Shown here: one piece after another, positions 1 through 12,990 of the stretch
Layout of the letters: each line of letters starts with the position of its first letter
Numbering within the stretch: position 1 is the stretch's first letter
Source: Catajapyx aquilonaris
Lineage: Eukaryota
Assembly: GCA_000934665.2 (NCBI GenBank)
Contig: JYFJ02002271.1
Coordinates: 1-60,083 of the forward strand
Length of the DNA: 60,083 nucleotides
Direction: 5' to 3'
Made by a program: the position numbers and the translations under genes
Notes under the pieces: model-generated
Seen by the model: the letters and a program-made list of their open reading frames with translations, nothing else
Databases searched by the model: none
Told to the model about the DNA's origin: nothing

Positions 1-3000
1 TTCTGTAACGACTGCTTCTCTTCATGGCACTGGCCACCTTCGGATCCTGCAACAGCAACGACAATGGGAATGGATATTAGGACAACGCAATACGACAGTG
101 ACAGAGGCCCAATAATGAGACACTAGACATGACATGTAGAATATGATTCCTACCTGTGAGTGAGACATTACTGTATGAGCCATGAGAGTCTGAATGTAAT
201 GCGACGTCACCCCAGCTTGCAAGCACATGTGTTTCCATACACTCACGCATATCAAGCCAGACATTACGCACAGTATGAGTAACAAGAGATTTCCTGCTAA
301 GATTCGTTATCGTCATACGGTATTCTGTACGCACTGAATTACTGAGGAATAGACACTCAAAAAGTTACGGTTTTTTTGGCAATATTTTTGGCCTAAAAAG
401 CAACAACACGATAACACAGATCAACATGTTTGTTCCTGACATGAATTTGAGTAATTCCTACTTGAAGGGAGCAGATGTCGCGTCAGTAGGACAAGCGCCA
501 TCTTCACTTGGCTTCAAGAACCACAACCTCTCTAGACATCTCATGGTTTTTTTTTTGCCGATACTCCTATACGAAAACATCCAACCTTCAGACGCAACAA
601 GATCAAACGGATTTCAGATCACCTATTTTTTTTCGACTTCTCTCCTTCTTTCAAGTGCCTACTTCCTTAGCACTCAGCCAGAGTAAAGAAAGTTCAATAC
701 TCAATTCCGCCTGATTTCCATAACCGTCAGTAAAAATGAGCCTTCCCAATGGTGCCCTTAACCCAAACAGGAAAGTAAAGAGATTTTACTCCCGGTACAT
801 TAGGTTTTTTTTCCATCCTGATGACCTCCTTTCCAGACAGCCCAACGACCTACTTACACCTATTGCGCCTCATTGCACTTATGTAATTGTCTCACTTCCT
901 TGTTATTTTAACACCGTCACAAATTGGAACCGTTTGTACACACAACACAACAATGACCACTGTTAAACTCACCTGCCCAGTGGGTACAGGTACAGCCACA
1001 GGCTCACATTTTTCCCTGTCATTCCAGGTCACCGGCGTGTCATCAACTTTGACCGACATCATGCCCGGATCTACACTACAGCCGAATCCTAGGTGAGCAC
1101 AATACTAATGCACACTCTCCCACTGACGAGTCATCCGCACACTGACCATGCATGCATATATGTATTTTTTTTGTGGGTGTGTAGACCACTGTCACGTTTC
1201 GCTCACGTTCCAATCTATCCGGATAAGAGGCGTCCTCACAGCCTCATTTACCTACTTCCAACAGACTGATGGGCACACACACAAAAAAAAGGTGACTAAT
1301 CCACCTTGAGAGACACAGTTGGAGTTCCTAACACCGAAGGCCACTGAGGGATATTGCCGATTAGGACTTAAATTGGGCGAGGGCGATGAACGGCGTTTTC
1401 GCGATTCGAACTGAAAATTGGCAAAAATATCACGTGACTGGAATCGAGCACAATGGGACCTCGTTAACCCCTATTGGCAGGATGCAATCAATTAAGGCTA
1501 GAATGTTAAGTCCTACGGCGCCATTCTGAATTGCAGAAATGGCAAGGTCGGATTATGTAACTTCGGCAGACAAGTGTGACCCTGGTGGTACAGCACGATA
1601 TGTAATGGCACCTTGAAGGATGCGGCTTTGTTTTGTGGTTTTGTGATGTATGGATGCGCCTGTGAACATATCCTGGGCACTTCACAAATCATGGACCATG
1701 CTGCTGATAGCAATGATTCAAAACAGCGGTGGCATGTCATTAGTGTGTGGTGCGGACTTGTGTAAACATGTCGTGTACCATGGCTAATAATTAGCGACAC
1801 GTGGAAGATTAACGAGCTTTTAGGGCAACCCTAAACAAAACAGTCAACACCCGAAGCCATTAAAATTCCATACTTAAAATCCGTGGCCAGCCGACACAAC
1901 ACACAATCACACAATTTAAGTCTGCTACATGTTTGACTCATAAAAATTGCTATTAGGAATAAATATTGCTAAGCACTAGACCTCATGAACACAAACATAT
2001 TTAAGTAGAACGTTTCCATCACGTCACTTTCAGAAAACCGAAAATATTAAGATTTGTGTATACAAATTATTCAAAATTTAATATTTATCATCAAATATAA
2101 TTTCAAAACACATTCATTCACCTACAATCATGCATCCTCAAGTTTGACGCTTATAGTTTTTAAAAGCATTTGTTATATTCTATTCTTACTATCAGGGGAG
2201 ACGGAGTGGCGCCGCGGTAACGTGCGCGCCCACGGATGTTAAGGTCCCGGGTTCGATCCCAACCCGGGGACACCCCCTTCATCTCGTGCAGAGTTCTGGG
2301 GTCGTCTCTGGCTTCGTCTCGGGTGGTATATCCACAGACTAAACCACCCGGGGGAGTTCACAAAACGACCAAGCACCGTTACTGCACTGCACTTGCACAT
2401 CCCCTCCTGTCATCCTGCCCGTGGGCCCGGGCGCTTCGAATATGGCACCATGTATACTTCGTCAATTGAAATAAAGGTCCGTGCAAATACCCTCTGGGTG
2501 AGCACTAACCCAACAATTATTATTATTATTTATTATTATTATTCTTACTATCAAGTAAAATAATCCTGATGCTTTAAACAGAAATTGTAACATTATGATT
2601 TTTTAAATTCTGATAAATTATTAATAAATTATTAAAATGAAGTATTGATATTTGCTTCATTCTCGAGCAGAGATTATAAAGAACTCGTATGACAGCAAAA
2701 ATTGTTGTGCGAAAAACTTACGTGATGGACGAAAGCTTTCATTTTTGAATTTAGCGCCCAAATCGGCTCAAATAATTATAGTGTTTAAAAAACACAAAAT
2801 AAAAATTTCAATATAGTCTACAAATGTTTCGTTTTTACTAGTTGTTCCTAACATCAAAATAAATAGTGAAACTCACCTTTTTTCCTAGCGTAGGGTGAAA
2901 ATCCAATGATTTGAAAATTTGCATATATATTTTTTCTTTCAAGGGATGTTCACAAGGGGTAGAATCTGTTATTTTTTATTATTATAGTAGTGTGGCAGAT

Positions 3001-5281
3001 TATGTCCGATATCCGCTTAATATTTACCACTAAAAACTGAAACAGAAAATCTTGCACATCGCTACCACAGCCCATAGCAGTATGTTGAAAAAATTGCAGC
3101 GTTGTCATTTTCTGACTTTCGAAAAAAACTGCTGATGGTGATCAGAAACACTGAAAATTCGTCCTTGATCTGACAAAAGGACGACTTCAACATTTTAATA
3201 ATTTTACAGGAGAGCCAAAAGAAATCGGCAAACCGCTATACAAATACTGTACATAATTATAGGATGGCGTTATTATTTTCCGCTATAACTCTGACGCCAC
3301 TTGTCCCCCGATTTGTCAGAAAGTGACCCAACACTTGATGGTACTGAAAGAGGCCATAATTCGATTTTAGCAAAAATTTCGAATTGGTCCATTTGTCAGA
3401 TTATCAAATTCGATCTTGCAACACTGCACAAAATCCGTGTTGGCCGTTTCATTGTCGCAATTTTCATCCACAATTAAGTTGTCGAGCACAAAGCTTTGCA
3501 AAAATCCATATCGTCGCACTAATTCACCCCCGGTAATTGCGGTCCGGCAAATTTTTTTAAAAAAGCCACTTAAAAAATAATCACATGAAAAGCTACATAC
3601 AGTCATGCGAAAATTTCATGCCAATTCGTGCCGTGACGTCTAGCGCCAACTGCCGGATAATTCGCGAATTGCCACGTGCTCTCGGCCAGACCAGAACCCG
3701 CCAGAGACATCTGTCTGTGCATGACCGAAACATATCCAGGTATGGCGGTGTCCTGCGATACTTGGTTTGCTTTTTTGGGGGAAAGGCCATTGATTCAGAG
3801 AGGTGTTATGCAACTAATAGGGGGCAGCCAACATGGTAGCTGCTTTGGTTCGATTTTTCGATGAAATTATTTTCATTATAAACAAAGAGGTGGGAAAGCT
3901 GTCTGATGTTACGATGGAGATGTTATTGCGCAAATTGTGCCAGATCAATGCTGGAGTCAATAACTGAACGGATGCTGATGGTGACTCAACAGGGTTTGGT
4001 GCACTTGGAAAACCCTGCGCAACATGCAGGAGGTTGCCTAAGGTGCAGAGAGAAAAGGACAGTCATGGTCGCAGTTTAACGACTCCTTAATTACGCCTTG
4101 GCGAGTACTAAGAAAGTAACACTGTTTGCAAAAAAATTGTGGGCTTGCAATATTCTCAGGATTTTCAAGAGTTCACTTGTTGCTCATAAGAAAATTACTT
4201 ATGGCAATATACTTTGGTCTGCACACCAAAGCATTTCATAGATTTCAAACCTGTTTTATAGACATAACAAAGAAATGTGAAATTCAAATTTGTGGCCTGG
4301 CAACTACATTGCTTTTTGGCTAATTACGCTGATTACGTCAAATCTTGATAACTGCCGACACTGAACAATGACACATTAACTTGCACTTTAGGCACTATTG
4401 TTACTCTCTCAGGTGCATGACCCAGTAAATAACATTGCATTACTAACTGACAGCATATGACAGCATGGGTCAAGGGAAACGAGGCTTGTGACTCAAGCTT
4501 ACTGAGGAAGGAAAACATTAAAATGTGCTGAGCCACCAATTCTATCAATTCATTAACGGAGGAATGAGTGACTCACGGCTAACCTGTCCAAAAACCAGCC
4601 TGTCACTCACTGCAATTCATTGTTTGGTAACTGAGTCCAACAATGAATAAAAAGCAAGAAGAAACTTATAAAGGGCAAGAATGAAGAGAATAGAGCACCT
4701 TCCTTTCATAATTTTCTCGGTTTGCTTTCAATCATGCAACTGGAGTCATAACAAGGCAGCTGGAATTTCAGCGATATCCTGGTACACCCTCATGAATAAT
4801 CCAGGCAGTACGAACTAAATGGGGAATGCATCCATATGTAACTGAGGCTTCCTAGAGGAGGGCATCTGAATAAATCACCGACACAAAGGCCAGACGTTCT
4901 GTAGTCCGATGCAGGAGCTGTCTCGACACACACTGACACCAAACCTGTGCGTCCAGCAGTCCCATGCAACACCAACAACATCAAGAGATCTCCATGCCGT
5001 GGGGGACACACAATGCAGCCTATGCTTTCTTTGTCTACCTGTGACTGTGCCGCTGCCACCACCTTGACTTTACGTGGACTCCTGAGCATGACGGGGGTTT
5101 TGACGGTTCTCCTGGTCTGCTGTTGCTGTTCGTGGTCAGGATAGGGGCAACTCACCCGGCCGCTGCCGCAGACGAAGGCGGCCCTCGTCTCCGGATCGCT
5201 GTGGTGGCGGGCCTTCTCCGGGTGCAAAGGAAGGGCCGATGCACCTCCTCCAGTGCCGTTGGCGTGGCTGCTCTCCGCCAT
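1..5281 (-). CDS. Putative spliced gene of unknown function running off the left edge (candidate exons about 5281-5039, 1088-973, 46-1)
   Basis: GC-rich ORF starting MAESSHANG with a CAG|GTAGAC donor near 5039. Block 1088-973 has a clean AG acceptor, a CAG|GTGAGT donor and one open frame (GFGCSVDPGMMSVKVDDTPVTWNDREKCEPVAVPVPTGQ). Block 46-1 follows a pyrimidine-rich TTGCAG acceptor in matching phase 0 (DPKVASAMKRSSRYR). No family recognised, and the first two exons do not join in phase. Confidence 0.3.
2195..2539 (+). mobile_element. tRNA-derived SINE, full length
   Basis: A-box-like GAGTGGCGCCGCGG and B box GGTTCGATCCC in the head, (ATT)n tail, and a 14-bp target-site duplication TATTCTTACTATCA at 2181-2194 and 2540-2553. 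Confidence 0.85.
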
Positions 5282-8200
5282 GCTTCTTCTATCCCTCTGC
5301 AGCTGTGGTGGATGGATGCAGTGTGTGGCTGGTCTGGTATGGGGATAATAAAAACGGACTGGGGGAACTCTGGATGGCGGCGCTACTGTGAAACACGGGA
5401 GGGGGAAAACCAGGAGGAGGGGGGAAGAAAGGGGAACTCAGGGAAAAACACAATGCCCCACAGGAGGAGGAGGATAGAGAGGGTAACAGCGACTCTGGCG
5501 GGAGGGAGGGGAAAGCCAGCTGTCAGCTGATTTCAAGGGTACGGTACTGTACATGGGTTCCAATGACAGGTCAATCCGGCGAGGTCTGTCAGTGGCTTAT
5601 TATATAGGAAGGAGCCAAAGCAACTATGGCTATTTGGCCAGACATAACGGTGGGGCAGATGGAGACAGAAACGAAGACCTGTCCGACTTTGGTGGTCATG
5701 CCAGTAAGACTACGCTACCACCGGCATAGCTCTTGGGGTCACGGGAGAAACGCAAGCCCCACCACGACAAGGTGGGCGGTTAATCCGGTAAGAAATCCGC
5801 AAACCTGGCATGGTCCTGTGAGAATAAGAACAAAAAAACAAAAATCTACTCAGAAAGACGATAATGATACTGTGGTATATGAAGTCAGTTTGAATCAGTT
5901 TGATTGGAATCTGAGGGAGTAGCCCTACCGTAACATAAAGTGTGTACATTGTGACAATCCTGTAAACCAGTGTTCTGCGGGAATAAGCGCAAAAAAAGCC
6001 TGATTCAGAAACTCGGTTTAGACAAGGTGACCTGACAGTAAAGTTAAAGGTCAATAATGGTGAAATCAGTCTGACCTTTTTGATTCGTTCGTTTTAAAAA
6101 AAATGAAATCCTGTGCCTCTGACGCTAATTTCCGCAAAGGTGCCGAGGGACGCCGCTAAAGGAAGTGATTCCAGGCCCTCGGAGGTGATAAGGATATCGC
6201 TAACTCAATAATGATAGAAGTTCGACGAAACTGGTTACAAACCGCTTTCTTGCAACTTACTTCTATCGGCTTACCTTGTAGGCTTTGTAGCTTGCTTTGT
6301 ATAGGCTTGCCTTGGCCTATTCTGGCACACCCAAGGAGGTATATAGATTATGGCTCATAAAGGTATAAGACGAGTCTGACACTGTATTTAATAATAATGT
6401 GTTAATTTAATTTAACGACTTTGTACGGTGGTATGAAATAAGTCTGCTGGACATCACATCATGTACTGTATACACATCACATGCGAAGAGTATAAGCAAT
6501 TATGGCGATTAGTGCTTTTCTGTAACTGCATACGTGTAAAAATTTCATATGTTAATCAGACCATTAACGAGCTCATTATACTATTTAAAATCCATATTCC
6601 TATCGAAAATCATACTTTAAAATAGTATAAAATGGTCATAGTTTCTCATTTGCTTCTCTATCCTTATATAAGTAAAGTTGTTTTGTACAATTTTAGGCCT
6701 ACTAAGTTTCATAAGTGACCATTGCATATGGATTTTTAGCACAATGCGAGATATTAATATCCCTATACTGTGCTAAACTGTCCTTACAGTAGCACTTGAT
6801 GTAAAGCGCAAGTATTATCAGTGTGACCCCATCGGAGAGAAAGAGTCAGGATAGGGTGAAGGCCCCTAGATTAGAAGAGGGCTTACACCATGATTAATGT
6901 ATGGCCGCTAATAAATTATCTGCTACCCTAATTAGTCTCCCTGTCACCTCGTTTGATACTGGAGGTGCAGTAGGTCACTCAATTTGTGGCCAATAAAACT
7001 CTGTCTATCAAAATCTGGCATATTCTCATGGTAGAACATATGACATCACTATGTTGAAAGCATCTGCAGCATGTGGCGGTCTCTTGCGCGAATAGTTGTA
7101 ACCTGTCGCATCGCAATTTATTACTGCTTTTTACACATGCTCTGTACGTCAATTGCATTGCAATAAGGCGATATTATTATGTAGGGATAACAAACCAGTT
7201 TTTTTAAAACGAGGTACTTGAACAACAATTGTGATTGTCTCTGGAGTTAACAATCCATCTCCTTGGGACTTGAACCATTACACACAACAATAGTGTTGTT
7301 TCCGGTATTAATTCTACGCATTTTACATACCCTTTAACAATATGAACGTTGCACTTTATGACGTCCTGCTGTCCAGATTCATATCTACCAGCGTACGGTA
7401 TATCAGTCTAAAAATATACTTCCTGACTGCATTTGATGAGCATTCAACGTCTGTTTCTTGCGTGTTGCTCATGCAAAATTTTTAAAAACCCGTCAGAATT
7501 TTCCGGCCGGAAACAAAACGGAAACGACCTCATTGCTAAAAACCTAATAATATGCCAGAGTATAATTGTACAAAGCTCATCACGTGCGAGCCAACATGCA
7601 AGTGAACAAAAATGCATTGCTGACAGAGCTTTCACCATCCGTTGAAAGTTATGGCTTTTTAATGGCTCGAGAGAAAAATAATCAACATAACATGAGCTTG
7701 AAATCACGACTGAAAGACAGTTACATCTGAATAAAAAGTCACAGAAAATATTATTTTCAACTTTCCCCATCACGATGAGAAATGTCGATTTTTTTTCTCC
7801 AAAAATTTTTCATATTTTTGACATGCTTTTTCCCGAACCGCAAACCAATCCGACCCTGCCCTTCGACTTATCCTTGGATTTTTTTAAAAGAAGAGGCAAG
7901 TGATAATAATAGTGTGCTCGAAAGATGAGGATCTTTTCGGGACCGCCTTGAGAACCTTGCGTTTCCTGCAATAACCGAAGCCACCGAAGTCCTTGAGTTT
8001 GACCAGTTTTCTCTCCTCTCGTGATAGCCACCCTTTATGGTAGCACAATTTTTTATTTATACGGTCAATGATGATCAATTAGAGCCACACAAAAACAATT
8101 AGAGTGGGGGAATACCAGCGACGATTGTTCTAAGAAAATATTTGCGATTATTTCCTCGTTTTATAATGTGATGCGTCGTAGTGCTCAAAACTGGTTAACT

Positions 8201-10705
8201 ACACTGGCCGTGGCCCAAAAACTACATATTAATTTTTTGGCCTTACCGCTACAATGTTTATTGTTATTTTTTTTCCAGCTGGCTTTAATTGAGCTCAACA
8301 ATATGAGAAACAAGGATGGCCCCCTTTTTTCTGCATATTGCGTAACACTTAAAAAAAGTAGAACGTGCCTGACTATTGAGCAACAATCACGTGATCTCCT
8401 ATCATCACCTGGGCAGAAAATAATGGCTGATGACGCACATTGAATAAGTCAAGACGTGTGCGAAGTCCTGCTGGGGCTCCAGCTAATAAAATAAATTTTT
8501 TTTCGCCAACCTACAGTACGAATAAGATGAATATCGGAGGTCACGGTTATGCACATTAATTGGCTGCAAAAGTTAGCGCAATTGCTCTTACGATTTACCC
8601 TTGCTCGTCTCATCTCTTCCTGGTTGTTGTGCCTCAAAAGTGGTCGACCTTCCGGTGATACCTATTTAAAATTCAGGGCGGTGTAAATTGCAGTTGGTCT
8701 GCATGGTTCACGTGTAAGCCATAAAAATATGAAGGGCCAGTCATACGATGTTGGAAAAAAAAGGAAACGTCTGCTGACCTGGCCAAAAATGTACGGACTC
8801 AAATTACCATATTCTAATGTGAAGGTGTAATCCAAATTTTTATGACTTTTGAAACTGTGGTCTGCAGGGAACCTTATGGAAAAATGTGCAAAAAATGTGG
8901 AATCAGGATTTTGCCAGCAATTAAATCACTTGTCAAACAAGTTGCTACTTCCTGAAGGAAAATTAGTGAAATTTAACCAAATGAAGGCTATATTCACACA
9001 ATATTTGAGTAAATCGCGATAATGAGTGCATTATTATTAATCGCTCAGGTCTTCAAGCAGGAAATATCCGTCAGAACTAGTTGACGTCATCAGGTCATTA
9101 ACATTTTCATTGTACCAATTAACCACATGAAAGCAGCTCTCTCATATTTGCGGATGAAAACAACCAGTGCTCTTGAAATCTTGTTGCCAGGTAGGCTATG
9201 ATGTCAAAAGCTGTTACTAAACTCAAGTCTGGAAGTACTGGATAAGAGAGACTGTGCAAAAAATAATAATTTATAAGCACCAAACAGGACCAAGGATTTT
9301 CACATCAGGTTATGTTAATTTTGTACCGCCCACCATTTTTCGTACGGATCAACCTGGGGATTTTTGCACTGCAGTTGACCCAACATGAACGCCGTTCAAT
9401 CATGAAGACAGTATTTACATACCGGTAACGAGGAGAAAGTGTTTGTCAACGTGCACAACAAGTTCCTTTTAGCAACAAGACAGCGAAAGTGAAGGTGACT
9501 CTTATTTGCGAACAATAATGTCCTCTTCATACCCTTGATGATGATTAGTTTTTTTAATGATTAAAATTTTTAATCAGGAGCAAACCAGATTGGTCACCTA
9601 ACAGGACACCATACGTGACCTATGTACAAAAAGAGTGCATGTAAAAAAAATGGCATTGAAAGAAGGGACTGACTTCAACGCCACCTACTGATGGTCAGTC
9701 AGTCCTGACTTTCAAAGCCTGGAGAAAAGCAGACTCGAGTTTGCAATCAGTTGGTCAGTTGACTCCGAGTTGGCAGGTTTGCTGGTACACACATTCCAAA
9801 GGCTGCAGACGTGAGTTACATTGTATGTTTAAATATTTTCTTTATTGCTCACTTGCGTCAGTGGAGTTCAACGTGTCTGATTGTATCTAGTGAAATCGTC
9901 GAAATGTTTTCTGCACATATGTTTACTAACAATCAGTCAGGACATTTCCATACGAAAGATGACGCAGTTAATTTACAAATAATACAAATTACAATATAAT
10001 TTTGAAGTTGGTACATTGTATGATTTTTTTAAAATTTAAGGTACATGTAATGGTAAAGCAATTTGTGTTTCCAGTTGAAAATGACGTGGGGGCCAGGTAT
10101 AACAAATGTCACCTGGAAATGTCAGGACATGTCGTAGTAAAAGGGTGGACATTTATTTTCACATTTCCAGGAAGGGTGTTTCACATTTTCCTTATTATAA
10201 AGCCTACTGTCTTGTTTGCACTGCACGAAAATGCCAATATGCCCTCAGGATATTCGCGTCAGTCATTGCACGCTGCAATTTATCTTCCTGCATGTAGAGA
10301 ATATAAAAAGGCGTTGGCTTGACTTTTCCCGCCTTTCACCCTGCCATATACGGTAGCCTGAACATCGCAAAAAAAATTGGCGAGACAACTCCCTTCTTTA
10401 AAAGGAAGTATTTTTTCCACATACATTACAATGTCTAATACACAAAACAGGTTGATGCGCAGGGAAACTGACACTTGAATACTGAAGTTATGATAGTCTT
10501 TAATCAGACACAGGGTGTAGTCCAATCAAGTTCAACTGAGACGGTATAACCCACTGACATTTGGAGTCACTTTCACTCGGACCAGTAACTGCACGCAATC
10601 CGGTGTGCGTAGGTCGTCTTACTTACAAATTCACGTAATTCACGTCACTTTGAAAGTTACGACTTACTGGTGAGTTTACATGTTTCAGGTCAACAATCAG
10701 CAAAG

Positions 10706-11624
10706 ATGCGGTTGTACCTTCTGGCTATGTTGGTCGGTCTGGCCGTCGCAGATGTCAACTTCCAGAATGGGAACTTCAAGGCGTCGTGGTCGGTTCAAGG
10801 TGACGATGTGATTTTCGACACTGTCACCAAGACTAAAGGATGGTCCGGGATCGGATTCTCCAAAGATGGAAGCATGGAGGACTCTGACATCGTCATCGCA
10901 GGGGTCAAGGATGACGGCTCCACCTACATTCTGGTCAAAGACCTTACCACTTTTTGTTGCTAGCATTTTTGTTTGCACGCACTTGTTTAAATGACCTTTT
11001 CTTTGTATGTAGAATCGGTATGGGCTGGCTCCTGTTGGAGAACATTATTGTCCTGCTCCTAACCTCAAGCCTCACTGGAAGCTGCTGGAGGCCAAGCAGG
11101 ATGGTGAATTTTTGAAGATGAAGTTTTCCAGGCCTTTGGATGCTGGACATCCACAGAGCTACAAGTTGGAGGTAATATTTTGATCAGTCGCGAAAAAGCT
11201 GCTTTTTTTTTACTAAGCAGCTTGAAACTGGTTTCCAATGGAGTCGTTGTGTTTTGAGAATCATTTCCATACGCAACAGGTTTCTTCCTTATAATTAATT
11301 TATAAGGTTGAATTTCTGAGAATCGCAAGGTCAATGCATGTAGACTACGTGCAATGATGTTATATAAACAGGTTTTACCTAGTTTTCCGCGAATTTTTGC
11401 GAATATCAATTTAAAATTCTAGTGGAATAATATCAACAGACTGAGTCTGTCCTAAATACTCTCCCACTCATACTCAATGATTGAAAAATAAAAATTGATT
11501 CTTTCAGAGGGGCAAGTCGCATTACATGATCTTTGCCTGGAACCCAGAAGACTTCACCAATGACTGTGATTCGTACCATGGACCCAGGTTCAGGGGAAGC
11601 CAGAAGGTCAACCTTTTCCAGTAG
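10706..11624 (+). CDS. Stand-alone secreted DOMON-domain protein, 167 aa, 3 exons (10706-10933, 11013-11171, 11508-11624)
   Basis: Signal peptide MRLYLLAMLVGLAVA. DOMON motifs GWSGIGFSKDGSMEDSDIVIAG, KFSRPLD and MIFAW..YHGPRFRGS. Phase-0 GT-AG introns at the same positions as introns 1-2 of the neighbouring MOXD1-like genes. TAG stop right after the domain. Confidence 0.85.
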
Positions 11625-12990
11625 ACTGTGATCTTTCAAATAAATATATACAAATGGTAAGATAAATACGTATTATTAATTTAGAGTACTAGATATGTTT
11701 TATGTGTTTCCATTGTTTCAAAATATTTAAAAATCAACAGGATTAGTATCAAAATAACAAAAATTGCAATAATTTCGCAATTTGTTGATGCAATGCATAA
11801 AATGTTACGGCTTTCGTTTAATTTTTGTGTACTTTTACGTCTCATTGCAGGGAATGAAGAGCTGTTGCAACAGTTCTGCAGAATCGCATACAAATACAAG
11901 TATACCCTTTATAAGGAGCATGAAGAGGTGACACAGTTTTGTCGAAATGAGTTTATTGTATGTGCATAAGGATTGAAAGTACTCTACCGGTATATCAAGT
12001 ACAAGTCACCTCAAAAAAGTCAAGACTTATTCTAATACAAACTATGCACATCCTATATTACATGATGCTGCGTTATTTCTAGAAAAAAACATTGGAAATG
12101 GTTTTCTTATTTCAAATGTGTCTGTACTTTATATTTTCCATATATCCACGAAAATAAACAGAATATATCTTATCAGATCAGTATTATAATATTATTGCTC
12201 AATAATGGACCTGGACCTTGGAATCTTCAACCTCTGCCCATATTCAATGAGACCAGAGGAGATATTACATTTTATGACAAGTAGGTAAATCCTAAGATAA
12301 TTTATTATATGCTCACAGCTGACATTCTGCCTAGCTATGTCACAAAATAAATTGCACTATCAAAGAATAACGAAACACATCTGTAATGTAGTAATTACCG
12401 GAGTCCCCATTTCAGGAAGGAACGTAAATCACTGATTTCCTCCAGCATCCAGTTTATTGTTGTGCAGTGTTTTATTTTGAATTGAATATTAAGCAGGTTT
12501 ATTTGGTTATTAATATTGTGCAGTACTTGTATATATGGAAGTGATTTATTTTTTTCATTTATGACACATTACCTCAGCACTCTCTTCACAATATTATTGA
12601 TCCCGACTTCCCGAGAACTGAATTATTTGGAGTACATTTGGCGAGTGTAAGCAGCTGCCATGACTGAGCAGGGCTGCTTATTGTTAGTATGCTCATAATA
12701 AAAAATATTTTGCAAATAACATCTGCCCCTACCATGTCATTTGCTTGGCTATGATCGGCATGCACTAATAATAATTATAATCAGCAGGTTACTCACAGCA
12801 GGAAGTTTACCAAATTATGGCAGGCCTTAATTATCTCCAAACTATTGTTCAAACAGCCAATCCACATTTATTGCCTAATGACGAATGCTTACGGGGAACT
12901 GGAACTACAGCAAGAGTATTTGCATTATATCTCTCCAGCTGTATCGGACTTACCTAAAAACCTTGGTTAGAAGGGCAACACGACCAAAAC

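Noticed and set aside
2600..10500. Numerous short ORFs and probable old DNA-transposon remnants
   Set aside because: No paired TIRs, TSDs or protein motifs that I could verify by eye, apart from the tentative first exon near 5039-5281 listed above.
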